A stretch of DNA of 64,000 nucleotides from Cycas panzhihuaensis (lineage: Eukaryota > Plantae > Cycadophyta): the NCBI GenBank assembly GCA_023213395.1, contig CM041465.1, positions 54,505,741 to 54,569,740 of the forward strand, given 5' to 3'. Positions 38,501 through 52,816 of the stretch are shown here, one piece after another. Each line of letters opens with the position of its first letter. Positions within the stretch are counted from its first letter, which is position 1. The notes beneath the pieces are model-generated. The model worked only from the letters and a program-made list of their open reading frames with translations. It had not been told where the DNA came from and made no database searches. The translations under genes were made by a program, and so were the position numbers.

Positions 38501-40652
38501 TTCTTCTTGAGAAAATACAACTATTTCTTTCTTAAGAAATCATCTATGAATGAGATAAAGTATTTAGACCCACCTAATAAGGGTACATTAACATAACCAA
38601 AAACATCGTTGTGCACTAATTACAAAATACGCTTTGCTCTCTTTGAGTTTGAAGGAAAACTAACCTAGTTCTATTTGCCATACATGCAATGCTCATAGAA
38701 ATTAAAATCAAAGGAGCCATTAATTCTAGAGATTTCTTCTTCCATACCTTTGGAGAATAAATCATGAAGGCCTTTCTCTCCAATATGGCCCAATCTCTGA
38801 TGCCACGACATAGTTTTACCAACAAGTGATATTTGAATCTCGCCTGCATTATTAGTACTTTTTGTAATAGCCAGACTATAACTTCTAGCACAGACTATGC
38901 TTACATTAAGTTTGTATAGTGTTCTAAATTAGACCCCTCTTACTAACACAAATGCTCCTTGAACCATTCTCTAATTATTTTTATTGAAAGTCACTTCTAT
39001 TCTTGCATCACCCAATTGGCTGATAGATAACAAACTCATATCCAAACTAGGAATATGACTCACATAAGGGATAGTTTTAACCCTTCCATCCCCAAATTAA
39101 ACCTTCACCCTTCCACGACCTATAATTTTATATGGGTAATGGTCCCCAAGAAATACTTCACCTCCAATAATACTTGTGTATTCATAAAACTAGTCCATGT
39201 GAGGAGTAACATGAAGTGAAGTACCAGAGTCAATTAACCAAGACTCAACATTTGACAACTTACCTGAGGTTGTTAAATAAGCATCACCATCAACTTCATT
39301 GGATGATTTTGCTACCGTAGAAGAAGTAGCTTCGGGTGACTTTTCCTTATCGACCTTAACTTGACACTGGCTCTTCATATGGCCAACTTTCCCACATCTC
39401 CAGCATACTAAGGGCCCTTTGCCTGGAGATTTAGATTTTCCTCCTAATTTTGGTTGTTTATTCCTAGACATTTGTTGGTCATGATCCAACGTTTGACCTC
39501 TTATTGATAGTACTTCTTTTGAATAATCCTTAGAGGATTTTCACCTTGTCTCTTCTAATAGCAGAGTAGTAACAACATCATCAACTTTCAGGGTGGGAGT
39601 AGCCATGCTACTAATTATCATCACAAGATTACCCTAGGAATTAGGAAATGAACATAATAAGGTAATAAACTTGTCTTCTTCAGATATTATTACCCCAACT
39701 AAAATAAGCTAGCTCACCACAGTGTTAAATATAGTGAGATAATCTGCAACTACATCTCCATCACTCATCTTGAATGAATATAACTTTTTTCGAAGAAATA
39801 ACTTATTGACCAAGGACTTAGTCTAATACAAAGCCTCTAGCCTTCTCCATAGATCTTTGGCCATAAAATCTATGGAAACATTCAATAACAATGCGTTTAA
39901 AAGACATAACCTTATCGAAATGATTGCCTTTTGATTAAGCTTCTTCTAGTCTTCATCTCTCATAGTTGCAAGCTTTGTTCCTGTTGCAACAATCCACTGA
40001 TCCTTTTTGATGAGGATATCCTCCATTTTTAGCTTCCATAACTTAAAGTTCTAGCCATTGAACTTTTTCAATCTCTATCTTTGTACTTCTTACCATGATC
40101 TTCACACTTAAGTTCACTGAATAAGGCTCCCACTTACCAAATGGCTTTCCACAAAACTAAAACCCTTAGCTCTGATACCAAATGAAGAGAAAATATGACT
40201 ATAGAAGTAATGTGATAATAGAACTTTAGACCATACAAAAAATAAATAGCATAAGAGGTTCAAGTCTAAGCATAGACCTTTTATTAATCTAAGTAATAGC
40301 TAAAGAATTATAAAGATGAATAAACTCCAACTCTTCTCATTGACTTATCAAAGACTCATCTACAACCATGTTACATGTGCCATTACATAAGAATATATAG
40401 GCACAATATTATAAGATACCACCTTACGATTTTACAATATAATGGGTATAAACCATGGGCCAACAAAGACTCCTATAAGACACTTAAAATTTTTCTTAGG
40501 GGCTCCTACCCTTGAACCCCCACTTGAGGGGCCGCTAGCCCCCTAGACCCCTTAGTTGGGGGCCCTACAACGGGCCCTTGGACCCCACAAAGGGGCTTGG
40601 ATGTAATGCCTATACCCATGTAACACTTACAAAGTGTTCAACATATATACTA
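35577..40652 (-). mobile_element. Degenerate full-length Ty1/copia LTR retrotransposon
   Basis: LTRs at 35577-36075 and 40183-40652; Met PBS 40169-40180; PPT AGTGGGAGAT 36076-36085; probable TSD TTAAT/CTAAT with 1 mismatch. Confidence 0.92.
36119..40096 (-). pseudogene. Copia gag-pol pseudogene (Gag-PR-INT-RT-RH)
   Basis: KFNG.NFKLWKLKMEDIL, Zn knuckle CWRCGKVGHMKSQC, protease WLIDSGTSLH, INT YTPQQNRVAERMNRTL, RT QMDVNTTFL and LHVDD, RH KHIDVQFHF. Many stops. Confidence 0.93.
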
Positions 40653-43600
40653 CTAATTAATTCTGCTTTTTCTTGTTTCAGATTTTTTATTTCTAATTTT
40701 GATTTACTAATCTTTATGTTCTAAATTTTACTCATACATTATCTGTCATCACTTTCAAATTAATTTATTATTTTACTTATTCAATTTTCTCTCTCTTATT
40801 TTATTACTTTGAAGTGACTATCAAGTGGATTCACATAGCCTTATCCTAATCTTGAGACAACCTTCATATCCCCTTTTATTTAGTTTTCTCTAACACACAA
40901 TGTATGTTTAGTACTTTTCTCTAATAGTATTTTATAAAAAGAAGAAAATTATATAAGGAAAGAATGTATTTACTCTCATTTGTCATCACTTAAAGAGATC
41001 TCTCATACAACAAAATAGATAAGAGCCTTTTTATCTTGTTTACTTTATTTCATGTCTTTCATTAGATTGATAATTGTAAAGTAAATAATAAAAAGAATTT
41101 GATTGATTTATTGTGTGAGAATATACAAAATAAATTGATGTGATAAAAGAACCTAAAAGCCTTCATAAAAGATACTTTATTTTCTTTTTATAAATACATT
41201 CACATTCACACACAAATATTCTTTCATTACTCATAAAGATAACATTTCTTGTGTAATGAGTTTTGATTTATTTCTTCCAGGGTTTTATGTTGGCTCTAGG
41301 TATTTTGTTAGATTAAAAGAAAATACCCTATATTTGAGTAAAATATTGTGGTGATCATATTAAACACCACTTTATTATCTCCTTTTCTCTCACATAACAT
41401 CATCTTTGTCATTGTTTCATTTGTCTCTTTTCACTCAATTGAATATTACATTCCATTATGAAAATCACTTTATATTTGTAAGAGAATATTTTGGAGTTTA
41501 TATCTAGGAGTTCCCATGTTATGATTCTTATGACAATCATTCTTGGGTTTCACCTTTTTATTATTTCTTTTGAGTGGAGACGTTTTTATTCCCTTTGTTT
41601 TTGGATTATCATTTCAACGAATCTCACTATCAATATTTGCTACACATAATCAAAATTTTCTATTGTGGTATAATCTTCATATAAAATCCACCTTGAAACC
41701 TTTCCTATAACTATAGAAAATTCTTTTATTGGTAAGGCACTTGTTGGAGATGTTCTTAAGCATGCATATACATATTCTTTCCACTATTTTACCTTTGTTA
41801 AAAGATGAAGTTGGTTTATTATCCATACCTCCTTCACCTTCATCAAAAGTTGAAGTTGAAACACCCTCATAATCTATTTACCAAATAGCTCTTGAAGTTT
41901 TTTAGATTATTTCTTCTCAGTGACTTCGCATTACATTTTGGTTATTTTCTTTAGATTTATAAGCTCTAGAAATGTGCATCAAAGCTAAAACTCAAAAATC
42001 ACAAAATTCAATATAAAAATCAACCTTGAAGTGTTATGTCATTTTTACTATTAGCATTTAATGATTCTTAAATAGTTATTCAAATGATAACTTCAATATT
42101 AAACATCATTGAAAATCAACTAGGACAAGTCTTCACTCAAGCAAGATTTAATTTCTCTTCTCAACTTGTCCCATCTCAAAACTTTTCCTCATACAATCCT
42201 ATGGCATCAAACCCTATAGGGGCAACCATATTCAATTAAGGTTTGAATCCTCTTATGCAAGGAATTCAACCTGGTTTTATATCACAACCTGCCCATGCTT
42301 ATCAACTTCTTCCATCACAATATCAATTTGGACTTGGTCAATATTTGGATCCTCTTATGAAAAGTATCCCATAAGTCAAAACCATTACTTCATCAATAAA
42401 CATATTACTTGCTCATATAGATACATCAATTCTCAGTGTACTCTTCATGGCATGAAGAGTCACTCCAACGATCAATGTTGGATCCTTCATAATATGGGTT
42501 TCCAACATTACCAACAATGACAACAACCCACTCACAATAATAATATGAAGAGACAAATATAAAGAAATAATTATAATTCCCTGATTTTGTCTCCTAAACT
42601 CGAGTCTTCTTCTACATCTTCTAAAGAAGTGAACCCTTTACCTAGTAATGAGTAAATTATTTCTCTTAAAGAACATCTTCCTTATACTAGTAAATAAAAA
42701 TAGATAATTACTTAAATTTTTTTGCATATGGCTTCCTCCACAATGAGGATAAACAATGATATGTTACCTCTAATTTTTGTACCTCTAAAAATTAGTCTAT
42801 ATGAAGGTGGTTTGTGAAGTGTTCAATAGACAAATACAAAGAATAAAAAAGTAATTAAAGGATGTTTAACCCTAAAACACATCAACTAACTTATAGTATA
42901 GATGAATACATTAATAAAAATCATCTACAAGAAAAAATTAGTTAGTAGAAAATCATTTTTATAAACATTTCTATGATACTAGGAAGGCTAAAAAGATGTG
43001 ATACACATTTGAAAGAAAAAGAAAATAACACAAAATTGTGAAAACTACCATTCTAAATCTCTCAAAATTAAGATGTGGTATAATCCACAAATATCAATAG
43101 AGCTAAGTTAATTCAAATGTGTTATATCACAAATTTTTTAACAATAATAAAAAAAGATTAACACTAGATAGAGTAACTATAAATATTTAGATTATTAAGA
43201 AGAGACGTTTTATAATAAATTATATATTAAGGCCTTTTCAATATACAAAATAACATTTGAACAAAACCCTATTTCCCTTGATTGGCTATAGGGGTCTATT
43301 TTGGAGACACTAAGGATGATGAAAGAGAAAAATATGTGGAGTAAGAATTTGAAAAAAATATGAACTAAGGAGGTCATAGCCAAGACTACATACTAGGTAG
43401 ACCAAGCAACATTAATCTTTAAAACCCTTTTTTCTTTGGCCTTTCACTTTTTAAACCCTCTTGATGCTATAATAGTTGGGCTGCATGAAGGATACCTAGT
43501 ACTATTATCAGTTACATGCATCTCTTTTTGAATGGATTTATAATTATTTGAACTCTTCCATATCAATTTGGAGTTGGTACATAAGTGTAGTGTTCAACAA

Positions 43601-45831
43601 TTTAAATGATACCTTGATATTCAATAAATTTTCTTCACTATTCAACTTATAATTATTTTTCTTTTGAGTTGACACCTATTCATCGCCTTTAAATCTAATT
43701 TGAATCTTTTGTAGGTAGGCTTCTATAGGTGGCAAGTTTGTCCTTTTTAGGGCATAGGGCAACTTATTCTTCTTCACTAATTCCATGGTTGTATCAATGT
43801 TTTGCTTGCTTAAACAATATTGAAAAAAAGAGCACCTATAGAAAATAAAACTCATTATGAATTATGATGTTTGAACTTGATTAAATAGTGGAATTTTCAT
43901 TGATGATTTGAGTATTTGAAGTTATGAGTGAATTTTCACTTGATATTTTGTGAATTTTAGAGTGAAAATGATCTAAAATATATCTTAGATCACATTTTAC
44001 TTACTTTATAATTCACTCATGTATTGAATGTGGTTTACACCATCCTATCATTTAGATTGTTAGTGTGGCGATTGTTGGGTGTAATACTCAATTCCATTAG
44101 CCCTATGTAAACTCTCTTTATCTTTTGTCTTCTATATTAGAGTTGTGGGCCACCTTGATATGTGTGCCACCTCTAAGTAGTCCAATGGGGTTCTCTCTCT
44201 AGTGGTGAGGTTGTACTATAAGTATGTACTCTTATTTGTTCATAATTGAGTTTTGGCCAATTCTCCAACATGGTGTCTATTTTGTACATACTTCATCTTT
44301 TTGTTGCTCACCATTAGGGTTTGATATGCTTGTTACATTACTAATCCTAACATGGTATCAGAGCCCAAGGTTTAATCCTTGGAGGCATTTCTTGTAATCC
44401 CTAGTATATGTTATCCTTGTTTTTGAACTTTCAAGTCTTGTAAATTTTTTGATGTGCCTGTTTCGTGACTTCGTCAAGATGAAGATCATTTCAAGTTATA
44501 TCTGATGCATATTTTGTTATAGGACTATTATCAAGTTTTGAAGGGCTATTTTGATGATGATGAGAGGCTGTTTTCAAGCCTATTTTGAAGTTTTGTAGCT
44601 ATTTGAAGCCTGTTGATGTTGCTCAAGTGGACATCTTCTCCACATGTGGCACCATAATAAATTTACATGCAGGTGAAAGTCCACCAAATTCTTTATGCAG
44701 ATCCAATTCCTGTTTAATTACTTCCTTCGCATGTCAGTGGATAGAGTGTTGCAGGAACTGTTAACAGTAATTGAGAGAGTATTTCTTACTATCCGGAGGC
44801 TAGAAAAGACTCATTTTTTAAGGCATTTGCAAATCTACAGGTGGATAAAGTTCATGTTCCTTTTCTGTTGATATGTACTCTTTTTATGTAAATATTCAAA
44901 AAAAAAAATTTGTATATAAGGCCTTCCAAATTTGGCCTGCTCTCATGTATTTTTTCACAAAAAAAAAAGAAAAAAAGAAAAAAGAAAAAATGAATAGAAA
45001 AAGGATATGTCAATCTATTTGTTGGTGCTTAACCATTATCAGATCTAGAGAGAGAAGGACTGCAGATGAGATTTGAGCTCTTCATTAATGGAATCACCCA
45101 TCTAGAACAATATGGGCTCTGCTCTTTTGTTTCACCATGGTGGTGGTTTCTAGTTGCTGAGTCTTAAAATGATACTGATAGCATTTTAGCAATGAGTTTT
45201 CCTTTGGTATCAAAGATTGGGCCTCTAAGAAGGAATGAGGGTTTTCTTCAAGAAGATGGACTTGTACTCCTTTTAAATGCCTTGATTCTGCAAAGCTCTA
45301 CTCTCCTCTCCAAAGAAGTAATGGCTGCCTCATTACTATCTTCATATATAACCTCAAAACCTTTCTTAAAGATCTGGATTGCTAAAGGTATTAAGCTTGT
45401 GTTGGGTGTTTGCGGCTGAATAGCGTAGAGGTGACCTACATTGCATTGTTTCCTTCTATTTTAAATTCTCTGAAGACCGTGGTTATGCTATGGCACAATC
45501 ACCATGTAGACAACAACCGCTTGACAAACATTCTAGTGCCATTACTTATTTGAGCTTCATTGCCATCCTCCTGTACTTTGAATGGTTAAGAATGAGATGG
45601 CTCGGTTCATGCCCGTCTCAGTGCTATTGATTTGGATTTGGGGCGTGGCGACCCATACCCATAGAGGTCTTGAAATGATGACATTTGCGCAGATGAGTGG
45701 TGTCTTGCATTACCCCATATTGTCATGTTATTTGTAAGTATTGGTGACTCAACCCTTAGCATCCCTTGCTGCAACTTCGATGGCAGCTGCCCCACCTCTG
45801 CTTCATCAATCACTCAATTGGTGGATCCTTA

Positions 45832-45936
45832 AAGAGCTAGAAACTGAAGCACGGTGTGATTGAAGCCATCAATGAGCTCATTGAAGATATTGACAACTAT
45901 CATTCTCAGATTGCAGAGCAAGCATTGGAACATATC
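45832..45936 (+). pseudogene. Captured fragment of translation initiation factor eIF2B beta subunit
   Basis: KS*KLKHGVIEAINELIEDIDNYHSQIAEQALEHI resembles the plant eIF2B-beta segment KLKHDVIE..N.LI..I...HEQIAEQA.EHIHQNE, recalled from memory. Confidence 0.75.
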
Positions 45937-47059
45937 ATGATAGTCGTATGTAGCATATAAAGCATGAAGGCATTCTTAACTCATGGTGGCTTCGACTCTG
46001 GTGTTCAACCTGCTCATCCATAGTGGCGGCAGCCCTCCTCAACACATTCCATGGCGTAGCTCTTCAGTATAATTACAACATTAACAACTATGCTCTGAGT
46101 GCTTGCAGCGACTGCGAGCAGAGCAATGGCGCCCCTCCTTTGCTCAATCTTTCAACCTGCAACTTCGATCCTCTACTCAATCTTTCGAACTACAACTTCA
46201 ACCCTCTATTCATGGCAGTGACCTGTAATAACAATGGTAGCAACTTACATTATTTAGTTGCATAAACCCTAATAGGGTTATGAAAAATATTATCATATTC
46301 ATATTTGGGCATTGGCGGACGCGAGTTTTTATAAAAAGGGTATAATTATTTTTTGCAAAGTTAAAATCGAATTTAATTAAATTGGATATTGGTTTCGGAT
46401 CCACCCTGGCCCCTTTGTTATTAGCACTTAGTCTTATGGAGGCTTTATATGACCAACAGTCAGCTTATGGAGGGGGCTAGTCCCTATTTCATCATTTTCA
46501 GCATTACTAAAGGGTACTTGTCACTTTTCTAACTATATCTTGAGATTGAGAGGTCCGATTTCAGTTCTATCTGATGTGTTGGATCCGTAACAGAGAGACC
46601 TTTCATTTGACAGGTTATTTGACACATTTTGGAGCTGTTTTCATGGAGATTATTAAGTTCAAAGTTATAAGTTTTTATTTATCTTCATTTTTTCTCAATT
46701 TCTTAAGGCACATATTAGATTTTCAAGGCTTCTTGATGTAATGTACCCCAAATGGGGGGGATGACATCTACTATGGACTTCTTTTCAGCTCTTGAAGAAC
46801 CCATTGTGATCATATTATACTTCATTTATGAGGGAGAGCCACATGTGCTACACAAGTCACATATTATTTTTTAGTCATGTAAAAGTTTCTAATGCTGGTT
46901 ATTTTTGCCCATGGTGGCAAGTTGTTAGCCCAATGAGGCATCCTTTTAGCCCATGTGGCATGTTTAAGGCCATAGTGCCATTGTATTTTTGGCTATTAGA
47001 TGCCGAAGAAGTGCTAGTCCTATTGAGTAAGAGGTAGGACACACTTTTAGAAGCTACTC

Positions 47060-47575
47060 TTGCCTGCCATGTGCTTCTTTTATATATATATTCCTGCTTG
47101 CACTCTCATCTGAGCAAGGGGTAGGACCTTATATAGCTACTCTTACCAACTCCTGATTGATCCACGTATACAAAGGGAGTTCCTACCCAACTGGTAGTTG
47201 CAGCGGCTGATAACCCATGCATTTCGATAGATGGACTCCACTTCATATGGACTTCAACAGCTTTCTTATTCAGTGCAGTAGTGTTTATGATCCAACAGAC
47301 TTTTGGAGACTCCTGCCTTGTGCCATGTGCCATGTGCTTATTATATATATATTTTCCTGCTTGCACTCCCATATGAGCAAGGGGTGGGACCTTATACAGC
47401 TACTCTTGCCAGCTCCTGATTGATCCACATATACAAAGGGAGTTCCCACCTAACTGGCGGTTGTAGTGGCTGATAACCCATGCATTCCAGTAGATGGACT
47501 CTACTTCATATGGACTTTAACATCTTTCTTATTCTGTGCAGTGGCGGTTATGACCCATCAGCCTTTTAGAGACTT
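47060..47575. repeat. 2 x ~260-bp tandem duplication in the 3' region of the element
   Basis: GCCATGTGCTT...TTCCTGCTTGCACTC...GATAACCCATGCATT...GAGACT occurs twice, moderately diverged. Confidence 0.85.
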
Positions 47576-49599
47576 GAGCTTATCATTGATGTGACGATAT
47601 TTATGTAATTGACTATTACAGGGGGGAATGTTGGGTGTAATACTCAATTCCATTAGTCCTATGTAAACTCTCTCTATCTTTTGTATTCTATATTAGAGTT
47701 GTAGGCCACCTTGATATGTGTGCCACCTCTAAGTAGTCCAATGGGGTTCTCTCTCTAGTGGTGAGGTTATACTATAAGTATGTACTCTTATTTGTTCATA
47801 ATTGAGTTTTGGCCAATTCTCCAACATGGTGTCTATTTTGTACATACTTCATCTTTTTGTTGCTCACCATCAGGGTTTGATATGCTTGTTACATTACTAA
47901 TCCTAACACTTGTATTATTAATCCACTTGTTATTGTTAATGTGGTGGTCTAATTAATGTGATTAATAAAAAAGTGTGAGTTGTGTGAAGATTCACATCCC
48001 TTAATAATTAACATCTCTTAAGGGATTTTAAATATCCTAGAGTTCCTTGAATATTCATATCAATTAAGCGGTAATCAATGTGATAAATAGATCTTTTGTA
48101 GTAGATATTTTTCCCGAAAGGGTTTCCTACATATATCATGTATATTGTACAATTATTTTCTATGTTTATCTTGTTTTCTTATTGTGTATGGTAAAACTTT
48201 CTATGAATATAAATATATATGCATTCATTCATGTTTATTAATATGGTATTAAAGTTGTAGGGTTCTACATAGTTAAGGCTATAGTTCAATGGAGCGATGA
48301 GATCATAGGTTACCAAGTGAAAACCCAAGTTTTCTTGAGGACTTATCTTCTCCAATAACCTACAGGAGTAGGCACAATATTCAATGGTGGTTAAGGAGTT
48401 GGAATTCACCTATCAACAAGGTTAGTGCACTATTTGGGGATAAAAAATCAGACTTGCAAGTCTATTGTGGATTGAATTGACTTATTCTAGGGTCATACAT
48501 AGTTGATTTGATATATTGGGAACTAACTAAGACCAATAGACCATGTTCTAATGGAGATCTAGTAATGTTGGGTATTATTGCATATCATACAAGTAAGTTT
48601 TCTCTATTTTTGAAGAAGTTCAACTATGTTTGGCATTAAAAAATAAATAATTTACATTGAAGTAATTAGATTTTCTTACCTAAGGGCAAGACTGTATCCT
48701 ATTAAAGAGGTTTTCTATCTATAAGGAGGATACTAAGCAACAATAAAAACTATTTTTTGGATTGTTCTGAGTGTATTGATCAGATTCTGAGATTGGGCAG
48801 TTTCTTGTAAGCTTACAGCCCTATTTTTCCTTATGTTGAGTGTTATGTCTATATGAGATTAAATTGGGGCATGTTTGTATGATTGTTAGATTTCATGTAG
48901 GTAGCCTTACTAGCCATAGTGGTCTAGGTAAGTTGTGAGGGCTTGGGAGGACCTACACAAGTCATAATCCCTTATGCGGCTGCCACATCCTTTCACTCAT
49001 AGTCTTTGAAGTCTAAAATAGTGAAATAAGTGATGATTGATAAATATTAAAGGTGTTAAATCTTAATTAATCTATTTATTACATTATTTCATTATTTAAG
49101 ATGTGCATTAAGTGAAAATATGTGCTATCTTTTTTGGATGGTCACCACTTTAGGAATATGCATTTTGGTATATTCTATATAAAGTGAACTTTATAACCTT
49201 TAAAATACTATTAAAACATTATTTGGTGTATACACTGAGGATTGTGAATAATCTTGAGATCATTTTGAAGTTTTTCTTTAATTGAAATACAACTTGGAAG
49301 CACTATAATCATTGTTATATTGAAAATTTCCTCTTTGTGGAGCATATTTTATGGTTTTTTAAGTTATTTTCAGAGCCTTTGGGCATTTGGAGAATGTATT
49401 TGAGGCTAGTTATTGTTGGGTTGACTATTGGTAGGTGGTTGTAGCTTGTATAATTGCTGGTTTATGTACTCTAGTGGAAATGCTTGTAAAGAGGGTGAGT
49501 GAAGTGTGTATTATTCAAAGGACTATAGGTCTAGTAGTGTAGCAATATTAACTCATCTTGTAAGCTTGTTTCTCGAGAGTGGATAGATTGATGCCTAAA

Positions 49600-49700
49600 A
49601 TAATCTATAATAGCAATAACTTTGATAAGTGGAAGGCTAATATGGAGTTAATCTTAATGGTGAATAAACTCTGAGTGATAACTAAGGTGAAAGTAAACAT
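49600..49700 (+). pseudogene. Possible copia Gag N-terminal relic
   Basis: NNFDKWKANMELILMVNKL*VIT resembles the NY..W...M...L....LW pattern. Confidence 0.35.
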
Positions 49701-50639
49701 AATTCTGCTAGATCATAAGGAACATATTCAACTTTAGGAGAAGTAGTTTATGGCAGTCAAATTGTTGAAACTATCATTAGTACTAGACCATGAAGGAAAT
49801 AAAATGTAGGAGAACATGGTAGAACATGAAACTAATAATCAATACATCAATAGATCATTATTGCATAGTAGCATAAAAATAATAGCTTGTATATTCAATC
49901 CATATTTTTGAGAAGAGTAATACAAATGTCCATAATGAAGGCAGTGTCTAAAGACACCGGGGTTTCACACCCCTCAAATTATATAGTTTGGGGGAAGAGG
50001 GAAACTCCTCAACCCCTAAAATTCAAATAACAATAAAATAATTATAACTTAACTTAAATGAAATTAACTCAAATTAACATAAACTCACCTTAAACTTACC
50101 TATACATGTTGAGCATCCACATGTGTAAAATGATAAAGATGAGGTATGCACTCCTAGTTGGAAGGTGGGAGTGGGGTGATGACTATTAACCCCAATATTC
50201 TGCCCCTTAATGGTTATCATGAACACTTGTATCTTCTCTTTGAACTTATAAAATTTTTATTTGAAAATAACTTTAAAAATTTATCTCTTAACTTAATCTT
50301 TATCAACTCTTCTCATCCTTATAGCAACATATGTCTCTTTACCATGGAATGATGCAAAAAAATAATAAGTAAATGAAGCTTGATTTGTATAAAGATGAAT
50401 AGCTGCAATTTTGACTTTAACTTCTGAAATTTTAACTTTGATTATCATATCATTAAGTCTCTTTTCTATCATATCATAAAATTCATTATCCCCCTCAAAT
50501 GGAGGATTAGGTACTTGTACAATAAGTTGGTCCTGCATTTGACTGGAATCTTCTTTGGGGTTTTCATTATAATTCACTTGTTCTGGTACATGACTCACAT
50601 GTTCAACAAAATTAATATCAAATACATTGAGGGTATCTC

Positions 50640-50860
50640 CCCCATAAGTAGAAATCAAAACATTCTATATAGATTTAGAAGTTGTTAATTTAGAAACACT
50701 AGAAAAAATATCATCATTTATAGTGTAAAATAATAGTCCTAAGACTTCATTATCTTTTCTAAAATTTTCTTTAATACTAAGATCACATTCATATTGTAAA
50801 TACTTCAAAAGATCACATATAATAAAATAATCTTGCATAGTCCTATACTATTATGAAAAA
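50640..50860 (-). pseudogene. Possible copia Gag (UBN2-like) relic
   Basis: Minus strand FRKDNEVLGLLFYTINDDIFSSVSKLTTSKSI*NVLISTYGG resembles KKD..AL..I...V.D.IF..I....TAK..W..L...Y.G. Confidence 0.45.
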
Positions 50861-52816
50861 TTATGCCTATTAAATATAGGAAATTATGCCATTTTATTAA
50901 GAAAAACTTTAGTACATAAAAAGTATGCTTTTACCAAGTCAAAAAGTCAATGAACCAATGAACATATATGATTTCAAATAAACTTTTTGAAAGAGATGTA
51001 ATGCCCTTTAAAAGTAAATCAATTAAATACAATAAGGAAATAATAAATATATCAGCACATTTTAATGTAATAAAGATCCTTCTAGCTATACAAATCTGAA
51101 ATGTAGCTTTAATGATAAAAAAAACTTAACCTTTTGATTTTTTAAATAAATACAAACTTTCAATGCAATAAATCCTTTACCTTGATAATAATGTATAATG
51201 CTAAAACTGAAATATATATGAGTATTTTCACTTTGAAATATAACGAATATGAAGAAGAAACCTTTTAAAAAATAAATTGTACTCATTTAAATTGTAGGTC
51301 CACTTAGCTTGTCACTTGATGGAGATCACTTTCTACTACAAATTAGCTTAAAAACAGCTTATATAAAAGTCAAATGAGAGTTTTAAATATATAGTATAAG
51401 TGATCAATGAGAAATAAAATAGATTTTTCTTAAAATAAGTTTAAAGGATAAGCTTGTCAAGATATACTTGTATGCTTAAGTTTGATAGCTTGAAAATTGT
51501 ACTAAATGATGTTAGAATAACATGAAATTTCACTAGTATGAAGATTAATGAAAAGTCTATTAAATAGAAATGACCATTTTGAAAACGGGTTCCTATAAGT
51601 CAAGTTTTAGCGAACCAAAGGTATAGACCTATTTTTGAGGCCTAACAGGAGCAAGGAGCTCAAAATAGCATAAAAATATTAGTAAAATACTTATAGGATG
51701 ATGTAAAATGGTCACATAAAGTTTAGAGAGCTACTTCATATATTGTCAGTTGAAAATTTTGAGAAATAATATATGTAAATGTGTAAATACAAGTAGGAGG
51801 CTATTAAGTACCTCTACTTTAATGCTTTTGAAAATCAATAAAAATAATTCAAAAATTATAAAAAATAATGTCAGTTCAAAGGGGAATTAGTCATCTTTCC
51901 AACAAAACTAATGGAACTGAATAGCGATGTAAAACAGAAAAGTTATAGTAAAATTAATGACAAGTACTTTTATGGTAAAAAGTTTAAAAAGTGCTGAAAA
52001 AACTCTAAAAATGCCACTTTCAGTGATTAAAATAATGATTAAAAAAAGTCTTAAAAAATAAAGTAAAAAGATAGTAATGAAGTTTGTTGAAAAAGTAGAG
52101 GGTATCCGCGGACCTGCGAGATGACAGCCTGTGATTTGAGAGACGAAGATAACTTGCGTGACGAAGGCGACGGCGGTTGTTAGGAGGATAACACACAATC
52201 TTCTGGAGAGCTACATATAGGGTGTAGATGGAAACTCATTATAGCCTCCTAGATGGGAATTCATAGTGAGGTGGCATTGTTAGCAGAATGGTGAAGGGTT
52301 GAAGATATGCCCCAGATCATGAACAGGGTCTCAGGAAGTTTGCCCTTCAAAGTTTCAAACGAGAACCTAGTATAGGACCAAGAAGAAGGCTTGGATGCGA
52401 AAGGAAGCGGTGTTAGGGTTCAAAGAGACGAGTTTGAATGACAGATACAGGGAGAGCACCCTAACCTTAGGGTATAAGTAGGAACTGGTTACTGGAACGC
52501 TGGAGACAGATGATCAGAGGAGGCCAGATAGTGGCTCTGATTATGCAGATAAGAGAGGTCTTAAACTATAAGACATATCTATAAGTTTTAGTTCCATGTT
52601 TTCAGGCTCTAGTGGTGAGTCCATGAAGTTTTACCTATGTCAATGTATTTTATTTTCATAAAGTTTCGAATGGAGCAAAAATAGTAGGACCAGACTCAGT
52701 CCTCTCCTCCGGGAAGGACTTACCTTGAAGCTTTGAGAAATGGTAAACATGAGGAGATTGTTATCAAACTAGTGATTAGAGATAACTGAATAAAAATCTC
52801 AGTTCCAAAGGAGCTA

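Larger units (their letters stand above)
44073..47908 (+). mobile_element. Non-autonomous LTR retrotransposon (280-bp LTRs) with captured host sequence
   Basis: LTRs 44073-44352 and 47629-47908 (TG..CA, 6 substitutions). PBS TGGTATCAGAGCC at 44353-44365; PPT AGGGGGGAA at 47620-47628. No gag or pol motifs recognised; no TSD. Confidence 0.9.

Noticed and set aside
45961-46000. SMKAFLTHGGFDS resembling a UDP-glycosyltransferase PSPG box
   Set aside because: The match is too short and lacks flanking motif residues; kept only as possible cargo.
48395-48445. Possible LTR end (CCTATCAACA) with a decayed Asp-type PBS
   Set aside because: The PBS match is weak and there is no partner LTR.
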